From Candidatus Micrarchaeota archaeon (GTDB lineage Archaea; Micrarchaeota; Micrarchaeia; Anstonellales; J096), in contig WAMF01000019.1 of NCBI GenBank assembly GCA_015522475.1, positions 5,098-69,097 of the forward strand: a stretch of 64,000 bases of DNA. The letters run 5' to 3'. Below, in pieces: positions 37,752 to 48,775 of this stretch. The position numbers and the translations under genes are program-made. The notes beneath the pieces are model-generated. The model made no database searches. It worked only from the letters and a program-made list of their open reading frames with translations, and had not been told where the DNA came from. Positions within the stretch are counted from its first letter, which is position 1. Every line of letters begins with the position of its first letter.

Positions 37752-39088
37752 CGAGAGCTTTTTGAATAGATCTCTTTAAATGGCAAATAAGGCCATAAAG
37801 CTTTTGGCACGTGTATAACACCTTCCTCGTCTTGATAGTTCTCGATTATAGCCACCATGGTGCGCTCTGTGGCTAAGCCCGTACAGTTCAAGGCGTGCGC
37901 TATCTCAAATTGCCTATTGCGCCTAACAAGCCGCACGTTGAGTTTCCTTGTCTGGTAGTCTGTCGTGTTTGAGCAGCTAGCTAGCTCTCTAAATGTGCCT
38001 TGAGCAGGCATCCATGCTTCTATGTCGTATTTTTTGGCTGCTGTGTCGTTCATATCACCAGAGCATATGCTAACGACGCGATAAGGTAGGGCTAGCTTTT
38101 GCATGAGCTCTTCTGTGTTGCGCGTTATCTCTTCCAAAAGTTGCCAGCTTTCCTCGGGCCTTGCAAAGACATACTGCTCAACTTTGTCGAATTGGTGAAC
38201 ACGAAATATGCCTTTTGTGTCCTTGCCATGCGCACCCGCTTCCCTTCTAAAGTTTGTGGAAAAGCCGACGTAGCACATAGGGAAGCGCGTCTCATCTATG
38301 ACTTCATCCATGTGATAAGCAGCTAGAGGTTGCTCTGCTGTAGCAATTAAGTACATGTCTTCATTTTTTAGGCCGTAAAGCGTCTCCTCGAAATCGGCTA
38401 GTTCAGCGGCAGCGGCCATCACCGTCCTTTTAAGCATATACGGTGTCCACATAGGTGTAAAGCCCTTGGCGATGAGGTGGTCAAAGGCAAAGTGTATAAG
38501 GGCTAAGTTAAGGAAGACAAGCTCGTTCTTCAAGTAGTAAAAGCGCGAGCCAGCCACTTCTCCTGCTTTTTTTGTGTCTGCTAAGTTGTAATCTTCAATA
38601 ATGTCCGCGTGGCTCTTAGGCTTCCAGCTTATCTCGACGTATTGGCCTTTGCCTTCCGTTAATTTGAGGAACTGCTCTACATCTGCCTTGAAGACCTTTG
38701 CTTTTCCCCAAAAACGCACGAACACGTTGTCCTCGTCGCTCTCCCCAACGGGCACGGACTCGTGGAGAATGTTGCCTATGGTGTAGAGTGTAGCGTTGCG
38801 CCTAGCCAGCAAGTCCTTTTCGCGCTTCTCCAACTCAGCTATTTTATCTGTTATGCCCTTTAACTCTTTTATGAGAGATGAAGCATCCTCACCTGCCTTC
38901 TTAAGCTTTGCTACTTCTCTTGTCTTCTTGTTCCGCCCTGCCCTCAGTTGATTGAGCTCCTCGAGTGTGTCTCGCCATTCCTTGTCGTAGCGAAGCACCT
39001 CGTCCACTACGCTTGGATCTTTACCGCGCTTTTTCTCGCTTTCCTTCACTATATCAGGGTGCTCTCTCACAAAGTGAATATCCAACAT
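37748..39088 (-). CDS. serS: Seryl-tRNA synthetase
   Basis: MLDI start, coiled coil, LIATAEQP, FRREAG, RVHQFDKVE, ELASCSN. Confidence 0.97.
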   Translation of the reverse strand: MLDIHFVREHPDIVKESEKKRGKDPSVVDEVLRYDKEWRDTLEELNQLRAGRNKKTREVAKLKKAGEDASSLIKELKGITDKIAELEKREKDLLARRNATLYTIGNILHESVPVGESDEDNVFVRFWGKAKVFKADVEQFLKLTEGKGQYVEISWKPKSHADIIEDYNLADTKKAGEVAGSRFYYLKNELVFLNLALIHFAFDHLIAKGFTPMWTPYMLKRTVMAAAAELADFEETLYGLKNEDMYLIATAEQPLAAYHMDEVIDETRFPMCYVGFSTNFRREAGAHGKDTKGIFRVHQFDKVEQYVFARPEESWQLLEEITRNTEELMQKLALPYRVVSICSGDMNDTAAKKYDIEAWMPAQGTFRELASCSNTTDYQTRKLNVRLVRRNRQFEIAHALNCTGLATERTMVAIIENYQDEEGVIHVPKALWPYLPFKEIYSKSSR

Positions 39089-39139
39089 GAACTTATTTGG
39101 TGGAGTAACCCTTTAAATCCCTTCTCCTCATTAACGACT

Positions 39140-40584
39140 ATGGCACTTCCCAAGAAAGAACAGTTTTCAGAATGGTATAGCGAGTTGATGAAAGAAGCGG
39201 AGCTCGTCGATTTGCGTTATGGCGTTAAGGGCTTCATCGTCATAAGGCCATGGGCCATGTACATTTTGAAGAAGATGTACTCTTACTACGAGGAGATTTT
39301 GGAGCAATACAACCACATGCCCGTCCATTTTCCTGTTGTGATTCCCGAGCGTTATTTGACAAAGGAAAAGGAGCACATAAAAGGCTTCGAGGGCGAGGTC
39401 TTTTGGATAACGCGAGCTGGGTTCAACGAGTTGGAGGAGCGCTTAGCCCTTCGACCAACGAGCGAAACAGCTATGTATCCCATGTACGCTTTGTGGACGT
39501 CTGGCAGAAAGGACCTGCCTATAAAGCTCTACATGAGCGAGCTCGTCTGGCGTTATGAGACGAAAGCTACTAGGCCCTTAATCCGCGGCAGGGAGTTCTG
39601 GTGGATAGAGGCGCACTGTGCCTTCGCTACTAAGGAAGAAGCTGAGGCGCAAGTTAGGGAAGATATGTTAACGGCTAAGAAGGCTATATGGGAGACCTTT
39701 GGCGTGCCCTTCCTCTTCTTTAAGAGACCGGAATGGGATAAGTTTGCCGGTGCCGATTACACCTTCGCCGCTGATACGCTTATGCCCGACGGCCGCGTCT
39801 TGCAGATAGCGACGACGCATCTCCTTGGGCAGAATTTCAGCAGACCCTTTGAATTCAAGTTCATGGATACAGATGGCAAGGAGAAGTATGCGTGGCAGAC
39901 GAGCTATGGGCCGGGCATGAATAGAATATTGGCAGCGATGATTTCGTGGTTCGGCGACGATAAAGGGTTAATACTGCCCTTCCACCTCGCGCCCGTTCAA
40001 GTCGTTATCGTACCCATCTTTAAGGACGAGAGTAAAAAGAAAGTACTCGGCTACGCTAAGGAAGTCGAAGGAAAACTTAAAGCGCTCGGCTATAGGGTAG
40101 AGCTTGACGACGCTGAAGATGAAACACCTGGCTTCAAATTCAACAAATGGGAGTTGAAGGGCGTGCCCATTCGCGTTGAGGTTGGGCCAAAAGAAGCTGA
40201 AGCTAAGGCTTTAACTGTTGTTAGGAGAGATAACAGGGAAAAGCAGCAACTCTCCCTGGAAGAAGCGGCGAAGATTGAGGAGATAGCCAAGCTGATGTTC
40301 GAGGAAATGAGAAAGAAGAATGAGGAAAAGATGCGCTCCTCCATCGTCGATGCCAAGAACTGGGATGAGCTGAAGAAGGGCATCGAAGAGGGCAAGATTG
40401 GAGGGTAGCGTTCTGCAGCGTCGATAAAGACGGCGAGGCATGCTACGCTAAAATAAAGGAAGAGTTAAAGGCAGAGGTACGAGGCGAGCTGCTAGAAAAA
40501 GAAGAAAAGCCCGAAAGCGGCGCTAAATGCGTCGTCTGCGGCAAGGAAGCGAAGCACATTGTTTATGTGGCGAGGCAGTACTGA
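39140..40584 (+). CDS. proS: Prolyl-tRNA synthetase (archaeal/eukaryotic type), frameshifted near 40400
   Basis: FSEWY, LRPTSET, REFWWIEAH, HLLGQNFS, WELKGVP. The C-terminal Zn domain (RVAFC...CYAK...CVVCGKEAKHIVYVARQY*) lies in the -1 frame after ATTGGAGGGTAG. Confidence 0.93.
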
Positions 40585-40594
40585 GGGGAAATTA

Positions 40595-41209
40595 ATGGCA
40601 AACCGTGAGAAAATAACTCTTGAGCAATTAAGAAAACCCCTAAAAAAGCTACCAAAGGATGTTGAAAGACTCTGGGAAAAGTACAGCCTTTGGGAGACAG
40701 TAAAAGAGCATTTGACATTAACTGCTGAGCTAGCCTTAGGCGTCGCGGATAGGTTAAGTATAAGGGGAATAAAAATAGATAAAGATCTGCTGATTAAAGC
40801 GGCGCTTCTCCATGATATAGGCAAAGTAGAGGATAAGCCATTACACCCATTAAAGGGCAGAGAGCTTTTAGAAAAAGAGAACTTAGCCGATATCGGGAAG
40901 ATAATAGCAACGCACGGTTATGCATATGAGATAACAAGGCAAGAGAGCGAGTTGCCTAGGAGCTGGGAAGCAAAAGTCCTCACATATGCAGATCTCCACG
41001 TCGATTTAGAGCTTCGCCCTTACAAAGAGCGTATATTGGATTGGGTTGAGAGAACTGCTAAGAACAAGGAGAAACGCGATTTGACCTCTGAGCAAATTAT
41101 CTCTGCCATTAAACGCTGGAATTCTCTCATAGCAGAGATAAACGCGCTCCTCGGCGTTGAGGAGGAGCTAATTAATATTCATGAACTTCACAATTTAATG
41201 AGGGGCTAA
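40595..41209 (+). CDS. HD-domain (HDIG) protein
   Basis: H...ALLHDIGK...HPLKG...H...YAD. Confidence 0.88.
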   Translation: MANREKITLEQLRKPLKKLPKDVERLWEKYSLWETVKEHLTLTAELALGVADRLSIRGIKIDKDLLIKAALLHDIGKVEDKPLHPLKGRELLEKENLADIGKIIATHGYAYEITRQESELPRSWEAKVLTYADLHVDLELRPYKERILDWVERTAKNKEKRDLTSEQIISAIKRWNSLIAEINALLGVEEELINIHELHNLMRG

Positions 41210-41211
41210 GG

Positions 41212-44091
41212 CTAAGAAAGCCTCTCATACTCCTCGACGACGCGGGTAAGAATATCCTTGTAGATTACAGCTGAATTGGGGAAGAAAGGCTTCTGCGAGA
41301 GCTCCTCTTTTATATCCTCTATTAACAGGTCTGGGTTGTTGACATAGGCAAACACATGCTTAATTTCGTCGATGAACTGCTAAATACTCACTGGCAGGTT
41401 TATTTTTCCTTTTTTCACCTCGGGCACAATCTCAACTTTATAGGAGTATATTGGGTTTCCCTCCTCATCAGTCACGTTAGAGCGAAGGGTAACATAGAAG
41501 ACAGCCAACCTTATCCTATTCGGATCGATGCCCTTCAGCCGAGAGTAAAGGAGTCTATAAAAGGCGAGCTGCTTAAAGTGGTCCGACTTATAATCTTTAT
41601 AATTTTTACTTGTCTTATAATCGACGAGCCAGAGGTATTCCCCCTTAAACACAGCATCGACCTTCGCCTTAAAGATTTTTACCCACTCTGGTATAGACTC
41701 GAATACATCTCTGAAAAGAGATGCTGGTGCTTCTATTTTCTCCTCAGCACTAATCTGCACAATCGACGGGTCTTCCTTCTTTAACTCAGCAACACAAGCT
41801 TCCCAATGTTTCTTCCATAGCTCTTCGTCTTCATTGGCAGGCTCTCTACCAACTCTAAAAATACTATCATAGAAATTATGAACGGCGTTCCCGAAGGATA
41901 ATGCAGAGGTTTCCTGTCCCGGCACACTTAACACAACCCTGAGGAAAATATCGGAAGCCGAACTAATCGAAGAGTAGGACATCTTAGATAAATTGGCCTT
42001 CAACCTATCGCGAATGGTATCTTTAAGCCAATTCTTTTTCTCGATACACTTGTTCAAGCTGCGAATGAGTTCATCAGCAGAGACATCGCCATTCAGATAC
42101 TTAACAGTTGTGGAAAAAGCTGTGGCATGCCTGTGATAAAAAGACTCTTCATCAGAGGTGAGAACGAGATTATCGGGAAGTTTATACTCCTTGATGCCGT
42201 CGAAAGATATGTAATCGGGAACCTTATTTTTATCTTTACCCGAGACGAGCGCATCTTCCAAAGCCACGAAGAGGACATCCTTTGGCCGTGTGAACGCCAC
42301 GTAATCCACCCTAAGTCCCTCCTCGTTTATCTCCTCTGGATTATACACATCAGGAACAAGAGTTTGGAGGATGGCCTTCTGAATAGACTCTATGGCTGCA
42401 TACCCCCTAGAACCTTTGGCTGGGAAATAAACGACAACATCAAAGGTTAAGCCCTTGGCCTTATGGGCTGTTATGACGGATACGCCTTTCTTTGCAAAGG
42501 CTCCGCCATCGGAGATATCAACAAGAGAGAGATACTCAAAGAGATTATGAATCCCCAAAACATCGTATTGCTCAAAGAACTCAACAACAGCCTCATAAAT
42601 TTTCGTGGCTGTTAGAAGCCCATCTCTACCGAAGGATACGCTGACGGGCAAGATGCGCTCTTTGAAGAGTCTGTCCAGCCCCTTATACAAAGTTTCTCTA
42701 TCCGGTTGGGAAAAATTGACGAGGTCAACCATCTCAACAAAGGGCTTGAACTCACCCCTACCCTTTATGTCTTCATAGGTAATCTTCACGTCATACCCAC
42801 CCTTATTTTTTTCTCTATTGAGAGCATAAAGGGAGAAGATTCCATGAAGATTTACGCCGGAGAAAGGAGAGGCCAAGCCGTTTATTAGCCTTGAATCATC
42901 GTCGTAGTGAAAGAGGCTATCCAAGAGAGTTAAAATACCTTCCTTAACGGTTACAGAGCCACTCTTCGGAGCAGAACAGTAATGCACTACACCGCGGGCT
43001 TCTAGAATACGAGATATCCTCTCGGCTTGGTCATTCGTTCTGGTTATGAAGGCAAGTTCCTTTCCTTTATATTTTTCCACAATGTGAAGTAAGAAGGCTT
43101 CGAGATTGTCATCGTCAGTATGTATAAAGTAAACTTCTCCACCTTCTTCCTTGGGTTGTAAGGCTTTTGCCTCCTGTATCATCTCATCATCCCGGGAATT
43201 CCGCTCCAAAAACCACGTAGAGTATTCGACGATGGCCCTCTTCGAACGATGATTTGTCGTCAGGGTATGCTTGGGATACATCTTGGAGAAGTTCTTGAAG
43301 TTGGCTAGGCTCCCACCTTGGAAGCCAAAAATGCTCTGCTTTGCATCACCGACGAGCACAAGGAATGCCTCCTTATCCTCAATACCGACGTTGGCGGCTA
43401 TCTTAGCAACCTCCGCTTCTAAAATATTGGCATCTTGGAGTTCATCGACGAACACATGGGAATAGGGGAAAACTTCCCCCCTATACTCTTCTATAAACTT
43501 CAAAAGCATGTCCGTGTAATCTATGAGATTGTGCTCGGCTTTGAACCTCTCATAGGCCTTATATATTGAAGTGAGATGGTAAAGGAGATGTTCGACGTCC
43601 TCAAAGGATGATTTCTTAGAGGATTTAGACGAGGCAGCCTTTATAGCGTGAAGGATTTCAGGCTTTTTGGTTTGAATATCATCAGGAGTTATGCCATAGC
43701 ACTTCAAGTAATCAATGAATGCCATGGTGGAACTTAATATGTCTCTTTTAAGGTAATGAGGACCATATGTGAAAGCTTTCTCCTTAACGATGAGGTCGTA
43801 TATGACAAAACGTTTAAGAGATTGAGGAATAACACTATTTTCTGCAACGTCCAAATAAGATAAGGCAAAGGAGTGGAAAGTGTGGACATTTACGAGTAGC
43901 CCTCTAGAACCATAATGGTCGTAAAGACGCTCCATGACTTCGCTCACAGTAGAGGTTGTGAAGGTTATAACGAGTATCTGGGATGGATCAGCTCCTTCCT
44001 CTAACACTTTACCTATCTTGTCGATGATTGTTTGCGTTTTACCTGTACCAGGTCCTGCTCGAATGAGCTCACCTTTCTTAGAAAGAGGCAT
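41212..44091 (-). CDS. UvrD/REP (SF1) helicase fused to a C-terminal PD-(D/E)xK nuclease; in-frame TAG at 41380-82
   Basis: AGPGTGKT, VDELQD, VGDAKQSIFGFQG, TAHKAKGL, YVAFTR, 'KVDAV...VDYKTS...QLAFY'. The frame continues 55 codons past the TAG. Confidence 0.88.
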
Positions 44092-44228
44092 ATGATGTCA
44101 TGGGCGATTGTGCTTTAAAGGTTTTTCCCGAAAGAACTTCGGGATATGTAAGTTTTAAAATGTGTTTGGAGACTTATACATATAACCATTTTAAATCCTT
44201 CGCCTCAAAAAGAAATGGGGTCGAGAAG

Positions 44229-44882
44229 ATGATATCAAAAAAGGAAATCGACGAGATAAAGGCAATGAGCAATGAGGAGTTTAAAAGATGGGTAGAGGAA
44301 AAGTTAGCAGATAAGGATCATATAACACAACTTGAGGATTTATACTTCGACGAGAATTTTAACGACACTGAAAAGCGATATATCCTTCTAACCTATGAGG
44401 CCAAGCGAGAGGATGCCCTATACAAAAGCTTCTGGGACTATCTCATCGACAACTATGGGTTGATTAAGCTGTTTGAGAAATATCTTACTGTATTAAACTT
44501 CTCGAGGACAGAAGGCACATCGATGAAGGAATTAGAAAAATGGGAAATTTACCTGTCACAAAAGCGAGAGATGGGCATGACTAAGCTAAAGGAGATTATA
44601 GAGCGGGGAGGCAGCATGGCGGGAAAAATCGAGGCTGCAAAGGCCCTAAAAGAGAATTGGGGGATGGAAAGACTAGGACAGGTGCTCAATAGCATAGCAC
44701 CGCCCATAGCCAGATATATACATGAAGCCATCGATGATAAAAATATGGAAAAGAAGGCAAAGGAAGTGACGAAACAAATGGAGAAAAAAGGGGCTAAGAA
44801 GGATAAGAAGGAAAGCATATGGAAGAAAGTGCTGAAGATAGGCGTGCGCGAACTCTTTAGTAAAGGCAGGAGGAAGAAGTGA
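44229..44882 (+). CDS. Hypothetical protein
   Basis: Charged helical ORF after TATA TTTTAAAT near 44189. Confidence 0.65.
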   Translation: MISKKEIDEIKAMSNEEFKRWVEEKLADKDHITQLEDLYFDENFNDTEKRYILLTYEAKREDALYKSFWDYLIDNYGLIKLFEKYLTVLNFSRTEGTSMKELEKWEIYLSQKREMGMTKLKEIIERGGSMAGKIEAAKALKENWGMERLGQVLNSIAPPIARYIHEAIDDKNMEKKAKEVTKQMEKKGAKKDKKESIWKKVLKIGVRELFSKGRRKK

Positions 44883-45448
44883 ATATGAGAATAAAAGATT
44901 TCTTATTTTTAGGTCTGCTGGCAACGGGCATGGCTATAGGCAGTGGCGTCCAAATCAGTAGGCAGCCTATGCTTTTAGAGAAAAGTAAGGAGGCTTTTAA
45001 AGACATGGAGATTGTAATCGAGAGAAAACTCACCAGCCATAGAATACCTCCGGAGAGAAGAGATATTAAGAACTATAAATTGTACATCATAGAGCTTGTG
45101 AAGAAAAAGCTGTCGAGTAAAGAAGGTGAAAAAATCATAAACAAAATGAAGAAGTCGGGAGTATTTCCTCTTAGCATTATCTCCGGGGAAGAGTTAGGCG
45201 ATTTCAACGATATGTACAGCGTAAAGGACAAAGAAAAAACATTCATACGAACGCGCATATTTGCAGAAGCCCTGTGGGAGAGCATCTCCAAACTAAACAT
45301 TGTCGAGCAGGAAAGGATTCGAATAGAAGCAGAGGATCTTGGCATATACTTAGAAAGCTGGGACAGCAGAACAGCCCCCTACATTACAGACCCAACCCTC
45401 TTCAACCTCGTGTGGGGCCTCTATTTAAAAGATGCTGTTGGACTATGA
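44879..45448 (+). CDS. Hypothetical protein with N-terminal signal/anchor
   Basis: 'RIKDFLFLGLLATGMAIG'. Overlaps the upstream stop. Confidence 0.65.
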   Translation: MNMRIKDFLFLGLLATGMAIGSGVQISRQPMLLEKSKEAFKDMEIVIERKLTSHRIPPERRDIKNYKLYIIELVKKKLSSKEGEKIINKMKKSGVFPLSIISGEELGDFNDMYSVKDKEKTFIRTRIFAEALWESISKLNIVEQERIRIEAEDLGIYLESWDSRTAPYITDPTLFNLVWGLYLKDAVGL

Positions 45449-45451
45449 TGG

Positions 45452-45931
45452 ATGATGCGCATCTGCATAAGCGGCGACGTGGCCAGCGGGAAGACAACTA
45501 TTGCCAGAGCCTTGGCTAAGCGCTTGTCTTTACCCTTGATTAGCTTGAAGGATTTCGTCGAGAAGGAAGGCTTGGCTGAAGGTTGGGACGAAGAGCTAGA
45601 CGCTGCCATTGTAGACGTGGAAAAGCTGCAAAAGACCCTAAAGGAAAAGCTGCCAGAAGAGTGCGTTGTTGAGGGACATCTTCTCGTCGAGTTTAAGCTT
45701 AGCGACGCCGTGCTCGTCCTCGTGAAAGGGGAGGCAAAAACGCTCTACGGACGCATGAAGGCCCGCGGCTATAGCGAAAGAAAGATTGAGGAAAACCTCA
45801 TAGCCCATTATCTCGACTACTTTGAGGAGCGTGCCAAGGAGGTGTGGGGGAGCTATATTGTCGTGGAGAATAAAGGCAGCGTTGAGGAAGCAGTGGAGCA
45901 CATCCTAGAGGCGTTGCAGGTGAGGAGTTAG
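45452..45931 (+). CDS. Adenylate kinase AK6/Fap7 family
   Basis: GDVASGKTT P-loop, 'VVEGH', 'RMKARGYSERKIEEN'. Confidence 0.9.
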   Translation: MMRICISGDVASGKTTIARALAKRLSLPLISLKDFVEKEGLAEGWDEELDAAIVDVEKLQKTLKEKLPEECVVEGHLLVEFKLSDAVLVLVKGEAKTLYGRMKARGYSERKIEENLIAHYLDYFEERAKEVWGSYIVVENKGSVEEAVEHILEALQVRS

Positions 45932-45932
45932 C

Positions 45933-46345
45933 TTACTTTTCTCTGAAGTGTTCTTTTAACCACCTAGCCAACTCGTCGAGGGCCGTTGTGGGGCCTCGCG
46001 TCTTTTCTCCACTCTAAAGAAAAGCTTAAGCCCCACAAAGCGGAGCCTATCCTCTAACTCCTGCCTAGAAGGACCATTGAGCTCCCACTCAGATTCCTCC
46101 TGCACATACATGTTGCGGAGGAACTTATGGTCCTTAACAGCAAGGAAAAGTTTAGGAGCTTTCCCTTCCTCTACAATCTCTCTCACCCTGATCCACCTAT
46201 GCTTTTTGAAGGCTTCCAATGATGGGCTATAGAAAGCCGAATACAGCTTACCTTCTAAAACCTTCCTGAAGCCCAGCTCAGCCATCCGCTTGAGCAGTTT
46301 TTCCTTATCAAAGGACAAAAACTTCCGCTCGACTTCCTTTGCCAT
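45933..46345 (-). pseudogene. CYTH-domain (class IV cyclase/triphosphatase-like) gene with internal deletion
   Basis: EVERKF, IRVR, LAVK, EESE and VEKRRE are present. The D...ExE C-terminal half is absent. An out-of-frame tail PTTALDELARWLKEHFREK* follows. Confidence 0.65.
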
Positions 46346-46395
46346 AGAGTCGTTAGAAAGAAAACGTTAATAAAAAGAATAGTAGAAAAAGATAT

Positions 46396-48730
46396 ATGAC
46401 ATCTATTGATTTGTACGGACTCATAAAAAGGTATCCTTTCTTACGGAAGAAATCTATGTATAACGAAGTGAATCAGCTCACACAGAAAATCCTTCGTGAA
46501 AGTTTTGAACACAAAAAGAAATCCTTTCTGGGCTTGGGTATATTCTCAACAGAGCCTAAGCCAGAGAAAATAGCTAGAGAAAACATGAGAGAAATCCTTG
46601 AAATTGTAAAGGTAACAAAAGGTATTGCAGTTAAATACCAGATTGTAAGCTACTTCAGAGATCTAATCAAAAGAATCAGAAAGTTTGAATTGAAGAGATG
46701 GAGCGAGACATACACAAGCAGCCTAGAAAGATATGTAGAAAAGAACTATGAGCGAATAAGAAGGAACTATATAAGATTTCTAAGAAAAAGAAAGAGATTG
46801 GCCTTGAAAAACTTATTTAATGAAAAGGTGGTACCAGCAGTTGAAATAATAGAAAAGCTAACAGAAAACAAAATTCCTCTCCTTTCATATAGTAGCTTAA
46901 CGAGGGAGAAGCTAACTGAGGACATAAAAGTCCTCCAAGAGTGGTTCAATAAATTAGGATTCGAAGTTAATGTATCTGGACAATGGGATGAAAAAACAGA
47001 AAAAGCTTATGAAAAGATAAGAGAGATGTATAGATATGTCAAGTCTCATGAGTGGGGTACATTAGATTTGGAAAAAACAGACAATTTCCAAAAATATTTA
47101 AAGATAGTAGGCATCGGAGAAGAAACGCCAGGTTCATACTGTGCCACAGGAGCTCATTTCCTACTTCTGGAGAGATATGGTTTGGACTTCTCAGAGATGG
47201 CAAAATATAGTTTTCCAGATACTTGGCAGTTTTTTCTTAATCCTGTAAAATATGGAAAAAAACAAGACAATGGTATACCGCTTTCATGTAGATGTCAGTA
47301 ATAAAAAAGGGAATGAGATAAATGTAATGGATTTAGAAAACATCCACGATGGATCTATACTATTCCTATATTTTCCGTGGAGCGAATATAATAAATTAGC
47401 TGAGAAGTTTGGTAAAAAAATCAATAAAAATAAGCCAATCAAAGATGTTCCCACACACATGATTGTAAAAATAGGAGGGTTGTTTTATCATGTGATTGGA
47501 AAGAGGGTTTACAGACTAAATAGTATAGAATTGAAGAATTTACTTGTAAAGAATAATGCTATACTGCGTGGTATTGGGATCCCTACTGAAGGTGTATATG
47601 CTCAAGGAGTTAATGGAAGTAAACAAGCAAATAAAAAGAAACAGATAGAAATCAAGCAATTGTTGGACAGAACAAGATTGTGGATATCTCATTATTACAA
47701 CACAGATGAATTTTACAATAAAATTACTACACTAGTTAAAACAACCAAAAGAGAAGAGGTTAAGCTAGCAACCATGTACATTCTATGGAATGAGATACCT
47801 CCTACAAAGGAAACTAAACCCCTAACTAGAGAAAGGGTGAAGAGATATGCTGCATGGTTAAGTGCAATGGTTGAAAAATCTGGAAGTTCTTTAGCCAAAA
47901 AGATTCTTGAAAAAATGGCTGAAGATATCGTTGGAAAACATTTACCTACGAGTCTCACACCTTTTCAAATGAGGGCCCAATACATATACTCCGAATTTAA
48001 AAAATATCCATCTGTCCTTAAGAGAATGGTAAGTATAATAAAAGTATGGTATGGCAACGCCAAGCCCATAAAAAAGTTGCTTGAAGAGATTCAAAAAGCC
48101 AAAACAGAAGAGAAGAAAGACACAGCCTACGTTGCTCTCTTTCATACGGCTCTTTTGTAAGAAGAGTGGGATAACAAAATAGAAGTCTCTTCTGTTTTAG
48201 CTAAGACGTATCTCAACCTAATTTCCAAAGATTTGGAGATGTTTAGGAATGGCGTTCAACAAAAAAGTATATTAGTTATGAATACATTAACACCGAAGAT
48301 GTCTTTAAACACTATTAAGTATGAAAGTGTACGAATAGAGGATATGGCATTAAGTATAGCTCTTAGATACCACTTTGGAGATTACATTAAAGTATGGATT
48401 CAATACTCCACTGCCTTGATAGCTCTTCAACTCATAAAAGAAGGCTCATTGAACTTAAGAAGTAGTTATACTATTGGCCCTACAAGTAATAGATGGCGCG
48501 ACCTTTATAGGAAAATTTATGGAACAGAAAATCCCTTTGTAGATTACGTTATAAAGAAATATATAGAAGTCAATCATGCTGTCCCAAGTGGTATCGTAAA
48601 TGTGGAAAAGATGGTGCAGCTCACCTCTACTCAATGGTTCAAAATGAATTATTCAAGGCATATAGAGGAGTTGCTAAGATTGAAAGGAAAGAATCCAAAG
48701 GAAGAAAAGAATGTTCAATTAGAAAAATGA
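46396..48730 (+). pseudogene. Interrupted ~780-aa protein with a peptidoglycan-binding-like domain and a putative Cys-His peptidase domain
   Basis: Three ORFs joined by a frameshift at the A7 run (47256-62) and an in-frame TAA (48158-60). Motifs 'EDIKVLQEWFNKLGFEVNVSGQWDEKTEKAY', 'GSYCATGA' and 'PTHMIVKIG'. AT-rich. Confidence 0.65.
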
Positions 48731-48775
48731 TGCACATTTTAAGAGTGGCGCAGAGATAAAAGCTAGTTGAACTAA

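Noticed and set aside
41380-41382. Genome-wide TAG recoding (pyrrolysine or alternative code)
   Set aside because: TAG is the normal stop of several conserved genes here (e.g. PUA protein 20067, dnaG 29283, scpB 31476). Only one internal TAG was seen.
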